Positions 41,254 to 53,775 of a stretch of DNA of 64,000 bases are shown here, piece after piece (position 1 is the stretch's first letter; each line of letters starts with the position of its first letter). The notes below the pieces were generated by a model. The model was not told the origin of the DNA, ran no database searches, and was given only the letters and a program-made list of their open reading frames with translations. A program made the translations under genes and the position numbers. This DNA is from Octopus vulgaris (lineage: Eukaryota), in the NCBI GenBank assembly GCA_951406725.2, contig OX597823.1, forward strand, positions 82,522,001 through 82,586,000. The letters are read 5' to 3'.

Positions 41254-42547
41254 TGATTTCTCTATCTTCACGGATAATTGCCGTTTCTATAAGCTTCTTC
41301 GTTGTCAATGACATTTGTGACATTCCATTAATGACCTCTCAGATGACTCTTCTGCAGTTCTGCATTGTTCACACGCATAGGTGTATGTGTATGCATATGC
41401 GCGTGTTTACGGATATATGTGGCGAAAAGGCCGTGTAATTACGATTGATTAAATTGTGTCTTTATATGTGTGTATGTGTGACTGTGTGTGTATGATTGTG
41501 TATGTGTTACTAGAATAAATTATATCGGTTTTGGAGAAAGATGTGATATAGAAACGTCAAACACCCCTCTCTAAGCACTTATGTAAATGCAACAACGGTT
41601 TTGATACGTCGGTAAGGTAGAAGCATTACATCATCTCGATGAGATTCACCACAACGATAGTTTTAAGGCAGCCCACGATAAAATGATAATATTTTTATGT
41701 AACATATTTCGACGTTCAACGAGGTTTACTTATGGTGGTAATTCACATATTAATTGTTATCAGAAACAAACAAAGCAATGAATTATAACAGGTAGCTCTT
41801 TCTCAAATATTTCGTCGTTGAATGTATTTGGAGTGGCTCTTATAAGCGAGACGATGTTTTAAGTATTCACTTACACAAACCGAACAAAAACTACATTAAT
41901 TAATGTTACCATCCGATGTGACATATCTACTTAACAAGCTACTTGTAAAATAAGTAAGTACATTATTATCCTTTTCCTCTCATATTGAAAAGGCGCGAGG
42001 TTTCAGAAGAATGGAGAGCGAGACTATTTGATGTCTCTGACATTGATATCTTCCTAAAAGATCTTCAGCGTCTTATTTGAGCTCATTCATTATTACAGAA
42101 GATATACTCTCCATCTGTTTAGCTGGACACGAAACCCTAAAATGACAGAAGGATATAATGTAAAGATGTGATATTTTTGTATGTCTTCAGACTCCAATGA
42201 ATCAAGAGTTTAAAGGAATAGATACAACGCAATTTCTAGAAATTGGGATGCAAAATGACTATCTGTCATCTTATTGCACTGTTAAGATGGTATGAATATG
42301 TAATAATTTCTCCTGTACAATAGGGCTGGAGTTCGGTGAGGGAAAAGACTCTGCCCGATGATGGGTTGGTTAGTTCTATGTGGTTTTTCAACCTGCTAGA
42401 GATAGCAGCCCGATCTGTATTATATTACAATTTATAATTTTAAAAAGGGAAAAGATATATTAGATAATTTAATAATTCATAGTTGCTAATTTCTTAACAT
42501 TTTGGAAAGAAATCAAACGGTAAATAGTGACATTCCCATCTCGTTTA

Positions 42548-42765
42548 TATTTTAATTGTTTCACTCATTGGACTGCAGCCATACTTGGGCACAACCTTGG
42601 AGGGTTACTCAAAGAAATCGATTTCAGTACTCCTTTCTTAAAGTCCGGTACATATTCTATTGCTGTCTTTTGGTGAACTGCTAAGTTAAGGAGGCGTGAG
42701 CAAACAACGCCGATTGTCGTACTGTGTGGAAGAAGAGGGTATACACAAACACAAAGACACTGCCC

Positions 42766-42813
<48 letters not shown>

Positions 42814-42970
42814 CGGGCCTTTACACAGTTTCTGTCTTCCAAATTTACTCACAAGGCACTGGTTTTGGGGGGGCTATAGTAGAAGACAATTGCTCGAGTT
42901 GCAGCACGGTGGGAGCGATCTCGAAACCATGTGGTTGCAAAGCTAATTCCTTAGCCACACACCCATGGCT
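42548..42970 (-). mobile_element. Family B SINE, diverged
   Basis: Reverse complement match including the internal (TG)n. Confidence 0.8.
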
Positions 42971-43142
42971 ATCAAAAACAAAAACTGATTAGATCGATAA
43001 ATCAATTAACGCTGCTCATTCTATAAGACATGCTGTAAGTTTCAAAACTGGGAGGACAAAACTACTATTATGGACAATTTAGTTAGTCTAAGTTTTATTG
43101 AAAATATTTTCGATTAAATTCTGCATTCTGAATAGGTACAAG

Positions 43143-43297
43143 TGCAGGTATAGGAATGTTGTTAAGAAGCTTGCTTAGCAACTGTATGGTTTCGGGTTCA
43201 GTAGCATAGTGCCACTAGAGCAAGTGTCTTCTACTGTAGTCTTAAATCGACCAATGGTTTGTGAGTGAATTTGGTTGACAGGAACTGTTAAGAAGCC

Positions 43298-43347
<50 letters not shown>

Positions 43348-43484
43348 GTAATCTGAAGTATAATCAGCCGAAATTGCGAAGATAATCTGGTACTTGACTG
43401 GAGAAGGAAAACTTCGAATGACCCGTTCTTGTTTTCTTTGCGTCGTCTTTCTTGATGTTTTGTTGTCCCATTTTGTGTTTTGTG

Positions 43485-43543
<59 letters not shown>

Positions 43544-43858
43544 GTGTGTATAGCTAGCTAGCTAGATAGATAGATAGACAGACAGACAGAGAGATAGACA
43601 GACAGACATATAGGTAGACAGAGAGAAAGACAGGCAGAGATGCTGTGTCTGTTTTGTCTTCACCCTAATGTTCGACAACCGGTGTTTGTTCATTTATATC
43701 ACAGTAACATTAGCGTTTCCGCTAAAGAACTGACAGAATAAGTACCAGACGTTTCAGAAAACAAAGTTCTGGAGGCGATTTTTTCGATTAAAACCTTTGA
43801 AGTTGGTGCCCCAGCATGGTCACAATCAAGTGACTGAAACAAGTAAAAAATAAATAAA
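43143..43858 (+). mobile_element. Family B SINE with expanded internal microsatellite and a nested ~150-bp insert (43342-43490)
   Basis: Head/CORE at 43143-43300 and 3' half at 43640-43858. Confidence 0.8.
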
Positions 43859-45878
43859 ACAATTTTTCTTATCTGTAATTACAGAAAAATTCTTTCCAGT
43901 TTGGATTTTCAGTGAAACGCAGTAAGTCATTGGTTATGCGAATGTCGGTGTCATATGCGGCATTCAGCTTCTCTAGCCAAATATGGTAATGGAATAAATG
44001 ACGCAGGAAGAAATTTTTTCCATTCTCCATCTTATCTTCATTGAGAAAATGTATTTTATTGTTTTGTTGTTTGTTTTAAGCTTTCCGTTTTCCAGTTCTT
44101 CCCTAAGATTATAAAGAAGTTGCATGTTTAAAACTGTACATGAAAAAAAAAAAATATATATATGTGTATATGCCTGTTGATATCGGCTTTGCTATACAGA
44201 AGACTGTTTTTGTAACATTCCTGTGTTTTGCATAAATTAATGAAAACGAAGTCATGACAACTAAACAGAGAAGTAGAATACATAAAAGTTCCTATTTCGA
44301 AATAGTTTGGTTAAATTGCAGTAATAATTATATTAATGTTATTAACCGTCATCAAAGAGTATAAAGTCAAATTGATTAGGTTGAACAAAGTTTATGATTC
44401 AGTTTCGTTTTCCACTTGAAATGACATTCACTTTATTTACAGAATTACTATGAAGGAGGGGAGCTGGAAAATCGGACAAATTTGCTAAGCGGCATTCCTC
44501 TCAGCTATTTATGTTCTGAGTTTAAATACCGAACGTCAGCTCTGTCTTTCATCAATTTTAAAGGATTGTTCTAATCAACAAGCAATTCCCTATAGAATTG
44601 CTGGCCTTGTGCTAATGCTTCTACAGAGTTATTGCTCCTTGCAGAAAACATGAAACTCGTTACTCTTATCGTTTCTTTCGTATCTTAGGTCTCTTACGAA
44701 ACAAGAAATCCACTTCTTCATTAAAAAAAAATTTGATGTGCACGTGTAAAGAAGTAACAGAGCGAGTCCCGTAGATTAAAAGTTGGTATCTTAGTACCTG
44801 GTCGACCAATTCTTTGCGAGTGGATCTGGAAGTCGGGAACATTGTGTGTGTGTGTCTTTTTGTGTTTTACTCCCACTACCACTTAACAACTTATGAGTTT
44901 GTTTACACCCTCGCAACATAGTGACTCGGCAAAAGAGACCGAAAGAATAAGTACTAGACTTTAAAATAAGTACAGATATAAAAGATTATATCTGCTCACT
45001 TTTGCAGCTATTTTATTTCACATTCACAGCACTATAAGGAAAAAAAAATCTCTGAATCATCCCGCACTTCCAAAATTCACCCCTTAATTGCAGATACTGC
45101 CTCTCGTAAAACTATATTTTACACAGTTTTCCTACCTGAAGCCGAATCATAATTGTAGCTACAATAACAAATAATACAAATCATATATTTTGTTGTACTT
45201 TCTATATTTCATTATATTACAAGAAGAAAACATAATGCCATACTGTTCACCTTTCTTAACGCAGAATACTTTAACAACAGCACAATGTTAGGTTTGACCT
45301 TAAAACTCGCGGGTGGAAATTGAAAGAAATAAGGTTACTGTGTTTGTCATCGTTTAGTCAATACTTTCATAAAATTTACACATATGTGTTGCATTTTTTC
45401 TTTTTCTTTTTATTACTCCAAACAGCTACGTTTTATAAAGAGAAATAGTCTATGAAATTCCATGATGAAAAGAAAATGAAGTAAAGTTTATTTCATAACA
45501 TTCAGTTTGTCATCCCATTCGTAAAATATTAACTACTATGGGCGCAAGTAGTTCGATAAAATAGTTGCGGTTTAATGAATAGAATGTTTCAACAGAGAGA
45601 ATGGAATGTTTTAATGCCACCAATATAGTCTCGATTGGTGAATTAGCGAAACGTCAGCGCGCTAGCTGAATCGTCATAGCGTCGATAAAGATTGATTTTG
45701 TGTGTGTGTGTGTGTGTGTGTATTTGTTCTGGCTTTGAGTTCAAATACTGCTGTGGTCAACTTTGCTTTTATCTCTACGGGGACAATAGAATAAAGCAAT
45801 AGTCAAATAAAAATTCTTGAGGTTAGTGGTATTGACTAATATACACTTTCCTTAAAAGTTACAGGCCTTGTGAAAACC

Positions 45879-46110
45879 TATTTCTTTATTGCCCACAAGG
45901 GGCTAAAAATAGAGGGGAAAAACAAGGACAGACAAACGGATTAAGTCGATTATATCGATCCCAGTGCGTAACTGGTACTTATTTAATCGACCGCGAAAGG
46001 ATGAAAGGCAAAGTCAACCTCGGCGAAATTTGAACTCAGAACGTAACGGCAGACGAAATACGGCTACGCACTTCGCCCAGCGTGCTAACGATTCTGCCAG
46101 CTCGCCGTCT
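45879..46110 (-). mobile_element. Young family A SINE inserted at the tail of an older, oppositely oriented copy (~45655-45875)
   Basis: TSD ggcctt(g/t)tgaaaacc at 45864-45878 and 46113-46127. Confidence 0.9.
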
Positions 46111-46977
46111 TTGGCCTTTTGAAAACCGTTATTTAAAAATAAAAAAAATAGAACAAATCGGAATGTAGCGATTGTAGTTGAGCAACAGGTAAGTAATCAT
46201 TTATTATTCTGAAGTCACTAGGTATGCAATTTCGAATCCTAGTTTCAGTCATTGATTTTCTCTTTGTATTTATATATCTATTTATCTTTTTGATTTTATT
46301 TAATGCAATGTATACCACATTCCACTAACCAGTTCTCAACAACAACAAAAAACTTTGTAAATTAAACAAAAAACAAATATCACTAATAAAAGATTAGATA
46401 GCAAGCAAGCACCGTTCGTTTTTACACCACGTCTTTCTCTCTCTTGAATTTTTAAAAATCTTTTGTCCTACTATAATAAATTAAATACAGTTATTTACTT
46501 CGTAGGTCCTCACAAAATAGTTACAGTTACGCATAAAAGTTCTCTTCGTAATGGTATGTTAAAAATGTGTAAGTATACCTGTTCTGTAAGTTAGTTACTG
46601 CATAAGAAACTCGTTTAGTTACCCAACCACACTGCTTAATTAAAGTTAATAAGTAACAAAAATACCAATCGTAACCTTTTCAAGTCCACTGCTGATAGAA
46701 ACTATACAGGATTCCTAAAGCAGTAGAAAGCCGGACGAAATAGTTTACGGTATCTTGCTTTACTTTCGTCTCTATGAGTTCCATTCCTGACTGAGTTGAG
46801 CTTGTATTTATTGTACTAGCATTGATAAATTAATACACGAAATAATTTTTAAGTGTTTGTATCTCTCCCCCAAAATATATGTCCTTGCATTTACGTCACG
46901 AACCATGATTATTATTGAGAAAGAACATGTCAACGAAAACTGCATCTTTGTATTTGACAGGGATATATATATATATA

Positions 46978-47155
46978 GGGAGAATTCACAAAACAAAAGA
47001 AGACAGGTGCTGTAGACAACAAGCAGGTGTATTAGTATAACGCTTGTGAAGGGAAAAGTCTTTAACGTTTCGAGCCTACGCTCTTCCACAGAAAGGAACA
47101 CAGAAAGCAACAAGGAGAGAAATAAATAATGTGTAGTGGTTAGCGATCTATGATG
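46978..47155 (-). mobile_element. TA-anchored short element (putative Penelope-like terminal fragment) containing a hammerhead-like motif at 47060-47095
   Basis: Homologous to 50405-50578, and both end ctccc|tatata. Motif cttt CTGTGGA A GAGC gtag GCTC GAAAC GTT aaag. Confidence 0.65.
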
Positions 47156-47366
47156 AAGTCATTCAAAGTGAATACCTAAAACTGTGTCCTTGGATTCTCT
47201 TACAACACCTAGTTCACAGTAACATCTTGTAGGTCGCACTCAGCTCTCCCTCCAAGTGGAAACAAAGACAGTAATATCTTTCGCTTTTATGGTTTTGCAC
47301 AACATGAAAATGACCTTGTAAGAGAAGAATGTCAATCATCTCAGCTCATCAATGCAGTTAATATTG

Positions 47367-47578
47367 GCTTCGAATTTTGGCACAAGGCCAGCAATTTCAT
47401 GTGCAGTGTGTAAGTTGATTACATCGATCTCAGTGCTCAACTGGAACTTATTTTATCGACTCCGAAAGAATGAAAGTCAAGTCGACCTTGACGGAATTTG
47501 AACTCAGAACGTGAAGACACGATATGCCACTCAGCATTTTGCCCGGTGTGCTAGCAATTCTGCCACTTTGCTACCTTC
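47367..47578 (-). mobile_element. Family A SINE (older tail variant)
   Basis: ttttggcacaaggccagcaatttc tail, core and head all recognisable. Confidence 0.85.
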
Positions 47579-47712
47579 GATGAGATTAGTATTGAGATCA
47601 AATTATTGTCAAGGTATTTCAAAAAAAAAAAAGTAATTTTGAACGCTGACAATTTAACTGGAAATGGCAAACAATTTCTAGCCAATTTCTATGCTGCAGA
47701 GTGAAATGTCAC

Positions 47713-47775
<63 letters not shown>

Positions 47776-48148
47776 AGAGAGAGAGAGAGAGAGAGATAGT
47801 TGATCTGATCTTTATAGCTGATCGATCATCTATTTGGAAACATATACATTCAGAAACAATATATACATTCAAATTGAATGTAGTATGTTATATATAATTA
47901 ATATTTTGGGATGTTTTAATAAATATGATTCAGTTTGTTTCTCCAATAATCTTTAGCCAAGATAAAGGAGTCTATTAAATGGGTAGAATTAAATTTTAAA
48001 AATGCAATTAGAATTAATAGGTTGTTTCATTTTAAAAATAATTACATTACAGAATGGAAACATCTGTTGGAGACAGACACATCTCTCACTTTTTCACCCC
48101 ACCTCCTTTTCCCTCCTTTCTATTTCACTGTACATTTGTTTGTACGTA

Positions 48149-48211
<63 letters not shown>

Positions 48212-48232
48212 CTATGTGAGTGTGTGTATATA

Positions 48233-48311
<79 letters not shown>

Positions 48312-48365
48312 ATATGTATATGATATCTATCTATCCATCTATCTATCTATCTATATATATATAAA

Positions 48366-48472
48366 ATTATAATTTAGGGTATCTAGGAGATACCACCATG
48401 ATGGAAATAGCAGTCAAGATTTGCCTGCTATTTCCAGCGTGATGGTAATTCTTAGATACCCTAAATTATAAT
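48366..48472. repeat. Inverted repeat, 52-bp arms (45/52 match), 3-nt loop
   Basis: attataatttagggtatcta...cagtcaa|gat|ttgcctg...tagataccctaaattataat, adjacent to (TA)n. Confidence 0.9.
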
Positions 48473-48577
48473 AATTTTAAATAATTATTACCTTTCAAAG
48501 GATTTTATTCCCGTGCTGGCCACTTGATAGATCGGTATTTTAAATATCGATCTTATCCTTATCTATATAAATTTATA

Positions 48578-48702
48578 TGTATGCATGCATGCATGCATGT
48601 ATGTATGTATGTATGTATGTATGTATGTATGTATGTATGTATGTATGTATGTATGTATGTATGTATGTATGTATGCATGTATGCATGCATGCATGTATGT
48701 AT
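48578..48702. repeat. (TATG)n microsatellite
   Basis: Directly visible. Confidence 0.95.
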
Positions 48703-49572
48703 ACACACGCACTCATTTTTTATTTACTTCGCTGCTGACAGTTCAATTGAAGTGGTTGTCTTTGATATATGGTAGTCAATACAAAATACGACTGCAAATT
48801 AGCATATTATTCTACAGAAATGTATGCACCACAATGGTTCTGATTGCCCCCGAGGACGGCCATCAACAGAAAAGATTATCGTGCAAACTTTCAAATTATA
48901 TGTGTGTGTGTGTGTGTGTGTTTAATTAATCATGGAATTATGGACAAGACAAAGCCTTTGTTTTTGTAGCCTCTCCCAGGTTAATGCAGTTCTACATATA
49001 TGTAACTTACACTTCTATAAACATACAGAATAATGTCTTCATATCAGAATATGAAGTAGCAATCGAACAATACGACACATTTATTGGTGTTTATTAAATT
49101 CTGTTAAGTATACTAAGAATATAACGTAGTAAATTAAAATATTTCAAAGCCACTGCTATATTAATTAAATCTATTTATTTTGTTCTGGTTAAAAGAAAAT
49201 GCGTAAATAAAATGCATAAAAAAAAGGAATTGTTGATGTACTCTAGGATGGTTGATGTAAGTAGTGAAAGCTGATCAATTTAGTATGGCATTCGTCCTTA
49301 CGTTTTAAGGTCATATTTATAGCCAGTCTACTCTCTGTAGCTTAAAGACGTATAGGTCATTGAGTTACATTGAGTTAGCGGCAGTTTTTCTTTCGTCTCG
49401 GTAGGATTTGAACTCGAAACGTAACTGAAGTTGATTATCGTGCCGTGATCTGTGTCTCCTTCATCTTTCATTCATTGAAACCTATTGGCTATCCATACAT
49501 GTACGTGTTTGTAACTTTCTCACTCTTCGTTTTTTTCTTTCCTTTCCTTTCTTTCTTTCACTTATTTTACAA

Positions 49573-49625
<53 letters not shown>

Positions 49626-49711
49626 GGAATGGAAAAACTTGAAGCAGATAAAGCTATAAATATTAAATGTAAATACTAAGTTAAAAACGCTTGGATACAA
49701 AAAATCGAAGG

Positions 49712-49760
<49 letters not shown>

Positions 49761-49821
49761 CGTGCGTGCACATACATACAAAAACACATTATCAAGCACA
49801 AACACACATCTAGACACAAGC

Positions 49822-49867
<46 letters not shown>

Positions 49868-50189
49868 TTGTGTGAGCGAGAGGAGCTAGAGAGTAACAAA
49901 AGTGACTACAGCAGTGTTGACAATAACGATGGAAATGACAATTACAAGAAGAAGGTCAAACCCTATGACCTTGTTTTCGGTGACAGGGCGGAGAAGAAAA
50001 AATGGGAGCAGGAAACCAGTAAACTATTGATTACTGGAGCAGGAAGCAGCGTATGAAAGTGTCAAGTTATCATCAAGACACCAGAGGCCTATTTTGAATG
50101 CCTGGTACAGAGGGGGCTCTGGTAAATGTAGCCATGTAGCTAAACAGTAGTGTTAAGCAGGGTGTTCGTTTCAGGCTACCAGAATAGTC

Positions 50190-50574
50190 GCAGGCACGTG
50201 TGTGTGGTTAAGAAGCCCCTTTTACAACTACGTGGTTTCAGGTTCGGTCCCACTCCGCAGCAAATTCAGTGTCTTCTGCTGTAGCCACAGGCTGACGAAT
50301 GCCCTGTGGGTGAATTTGGTAGATGGAAACTGAAAGAAGCCTTTGATACGTGTATGCATGTATATATCTATATCTATCTATCTATATATATATATATATT
50401 TATTTATTTATTTTCTCTCCTTTTTTTTTCTCTCCTTGTTTTTCTGTGTCCCTTTCTGTAGAAGAGCGTAGGCTCGAAACGTAAAAGAGTTTTTCTATTC
50501 CTGAGCGTTATACTAATACATCTGTTTGTTTTGTACACCACTTGTCTTGGTCTTTTGATTTTTTCGTAAACTCT

Positions 50575-50658
<84 letters not shown>

Positions 50659-50883
50659 GATGTTGTATGCATCTATCGTTGTGTTTTTCCCCTACAACAA
50701 CTTGGCAACCTGGGTTGGTTTGTTTGCCGTCTCATAACTTAGCGGTCCGGCAGAAGCTACTGATTGAGTAAATACCAGACATTAAAAAATAAGCATTAGG
50801 CTAGATCAGTTCGATTAAAAAGCCATCAAAACAGTGCTCCAGTATGGCCGTAGTCTGTGACTGAAACAAGTAAAAGATAAAAG
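50190..50883 (+). mobile_element. Family B SINE interrupted in its microsatellite by a nested element
   Basis: Head/CORE at 50190-50345 and 3' half at 50680-50883. Confidence 0.8.
50405..50578 (+). mobile_element. TA-embedded short element (putative Penelope-like terminal fragment) containing a hammerhead-like motif at 50452-50487
   Basis: cttt CTGTAGA A GAGC gtag GCTC GAAAC GTA aaag. Second copy at 46978-47155. Confidence 0.65.
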
Positions 50884-51244
50884 GTATACATTAACAGAGA
50901 AACCTTAAAGCTAATTTGAGGAAAACGGTAAAATATAGCGTTTGTTTGGGTAATGCTTGTTCTGCTAGCACTCTGCTAGCACTAAGAAATCGCTAAGAAC
51001 CGATTTCTTGTGCAGAAAACAGCTGCGATTTACTGCGTAGTTACTTCAAAATAGAATCAAAGAACTTAAGCTGTGAAGGGCCACATAAAATGTTCCTGCT
51101 TCTCATTGGGAGCTGTTTCATATTGATATAATAAAAGCTTCTGTTAATGTAAGTATATTAAAAGTGAAAGATTTCCAGTATATATGTGTGCGTGTATGTA
51201 TATATATTTATGTATATATTCGCATATAAATGTGCGTGTATGTA

Positions 51245-51294
<50 letters not shown>

Positions 51295-51931
51295 GGCATG
51301 TGTGTGTTCCTAGTTTCGGTATTCGATTGAAACCGAGCTATAATGACACCTTCACGGGTCCTGTCGATCATATCAACTCCAGTTCGCAAATTACATTATT
51401 GCCGAAATATAAACACCTGATGTCAACACACACACGCACGCGCACACAGACACAGACACAGACACACACGCAGACACACACACACACACACACCTCACAC
51501 ACACAACACTCATACATATAGAGGTAGGTCGTTTTGGTAGAATCACTGGAGTGTCCGATGTAATGCGTTGCAGCATCTAGTTATGACTCTTAGTATTCTA
51601 AGTTCAAATCTCACGGATAACACCCCTAAATTTCAACACCGGTTGTGTGAGTGTGTGTGTGTGTGTGCACGAGAGAGAGAAGCTAATTGTATGTGTGACC
51701 GTGCGTGTGTTCGTGTGTCTGCTCGCATTCAAATTAGACACTGCTGCTACTACTACTACTAGGTATTATAAGCAGCTTGAGCATCGACTGAATGGTCTAA
51801 CGGCTGAAATATTTATCCTACGTCCCTCTCATTGATTCGATAACAAACCAGTTACAAAGTGTAAACACGGTAGATCGATAACCAATCACTTGAAAGAAAA
51901 CAAACGATCTCTCTCTTATTCTTTATATATA

Positions 51932-52289
51932 TGTCGTCGTGGCACTCCGTCGGTTACAACGACGAGGGTTCTTGTTGATCCAATCAACGGAACAGCCTGC
52001 TCTTGAAATTGACGTGTAAGGGGCTGAGCACTCCACAGTCACCTGAACCCTTAACGTAGTTCTCAGGGAGATTCAGCGTGACACAAAGTGTGACAAGGCT
52101 GGCCCTTTGAAATACAGGTACAAGAGAAACAGGAAGAAAGAGTGAGAGAAAGTTGTGAACGAGTACAGCAGAGTGGGGCTTTAGGTGTTTTCGTTCAATA
52201 AACACTCACAACGCCCGGTCTGGGAATCGAAACCGCAATCCTACGACCACAACCCCGCTGCCATGACCACTGAGCCATTGCACCTCTAC
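51932..52289 (-). mobile_element. tRNA-derived SINE, family D
   Basis: Minus strand: A-box tggctcagtggtca, B-box ggtttcgattccc, 3' end accctcgtcgttgtaaccgacggagtgccacgacgac. Flanked by TA-rich sequence. Confidence 0.8.
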
Positions 52290-52392
52290 ACATATATATG
52301 ATTCCTTGAGACCCACGAAAGAAATGCGACTAAGGTGTTCTTGAAACATCCAGGCAATTATTAACACAAACTAAGTTTTATTGAAGAAACAT

Positions 52393-52580
52393 AAGGCGGT
52401 GACATGGCAGAAAAGTTTGTGCGTCGAACAAAATGTTTAGCGGCATTGCTTGAAGCTCTTTATGTTCTGAGTTTAAACCCCAATGAGGTTAGTATTCCCT
52501 TTTATCCGTTTCGGGGTCGATAAAATTAGCTACTAATCAAGAACTGTGGGGTCAATGTAACTGACATGCCCCTCACCTCA
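52393..52580 (+). mobile_element. Degenerate family A SINE
   Basis: aaggcggtgacatggcagaa head and tttcggggtcgataaaa core. Confidence 0.7.
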
Positions 52581-52804
52581 AGCGTTGGGAGAAAAGCACT
52601 GAATATTAAGGAACTATGAAAGGCAAAATAAAAACTGTGTAACTAAGTTCCAAGGACTCGGAGTACCAGCTGAATGAGTGGAGACGTGAAACTCGGAGCA
52701 CTGTCGATCAGGAACTTTTGTGTTTTAATGTGGTAAAAAATACTCTAAATTTATGTATGGAGTCCTGTCGTCTACCCCTTCTTCGTGAAGTAGCAGAAAT
52801 TGCC

Positions 52805-52867
<63 letters not shown>

Positions 52868-53400
52868 GGAGGGGTAGACTTTTATAAAAAGAGCGTTAAT
52901 AGTGAGTTCAAAGTTTCGGTTTGATAGTCTTTATTCGACAGTCCGGAGAAGGCCAATATCTAAAAGAAAAAATTGAGCTATTTTTCAGTTTAATGTTACT
53001 TTGTTTCTATTTAACTTGCCATGAAAGCAAAAATTAATATGTGTGTGAGTGTGTGTTCATGTAGGGCGGCGGTATTGTTAGAACTTTGGCTGGTATAACT
53101 TGGTGTATGTGTACCGGCTTGTGAACAGCGTTCAAATCCCGTCTAAGTAACTCTCTCGTCCATGGGAGTGACCCACCAACCAGCAGTAGGCCAGAGTGAA
53201 AAAATATGTGATGTATATGTGTTTGTGTATGGTGGACGAAAAACTGCATGTATATATACTAAAGTATGTAAGTGTGTGGGAGAATGTGGGAAGAAAAGAG
53301 TGTATGTGGGAGTGCGAAAGTATGCGTATGCATACAAATGAAACTGGGTGTGTATTTACACTTGAAGTGAAGTAAATAAGAAAATCTATACACATCTTAA

Positions 53401-53444
<44 letters not shown>

Positions 53445-53474
53445 GGAGATGTCGAACACGAGTGGTGATATATA

Positions 53475-53775
53475 AAAGGAAATGAAGAAAATGCTGACAA
53501 ATAATTGAAGTAATTTAAGTAATTTAGTTAGGTGAAAGTTCTTTTTACCGGTTGCGCATTTGTTATGCTTATCAAAATATAAAAGAGAGATTAGAGTTCC
53601 TTTCTTATAGAATTTTTCCTCTTATCTGGAAAGAGGAAAAATTCTATAAGAAAGGAACTCTAATCTCTCTTTTATATTTTAATAAGCATAACAAATGCGC
53701 AACCGGTAAAAAGAACTTTCACCTAACTAAATTACTTAAATTACTTCAATTATTTGTCAGCATTTTCTTCATTTC

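Noticed and set aside
49844-50056. ORF with a hydrophilic, protein-like C-terminal part
   Set aside because: Starts in a microsatellite, has no recognisable domain and no clear splice-site pair.
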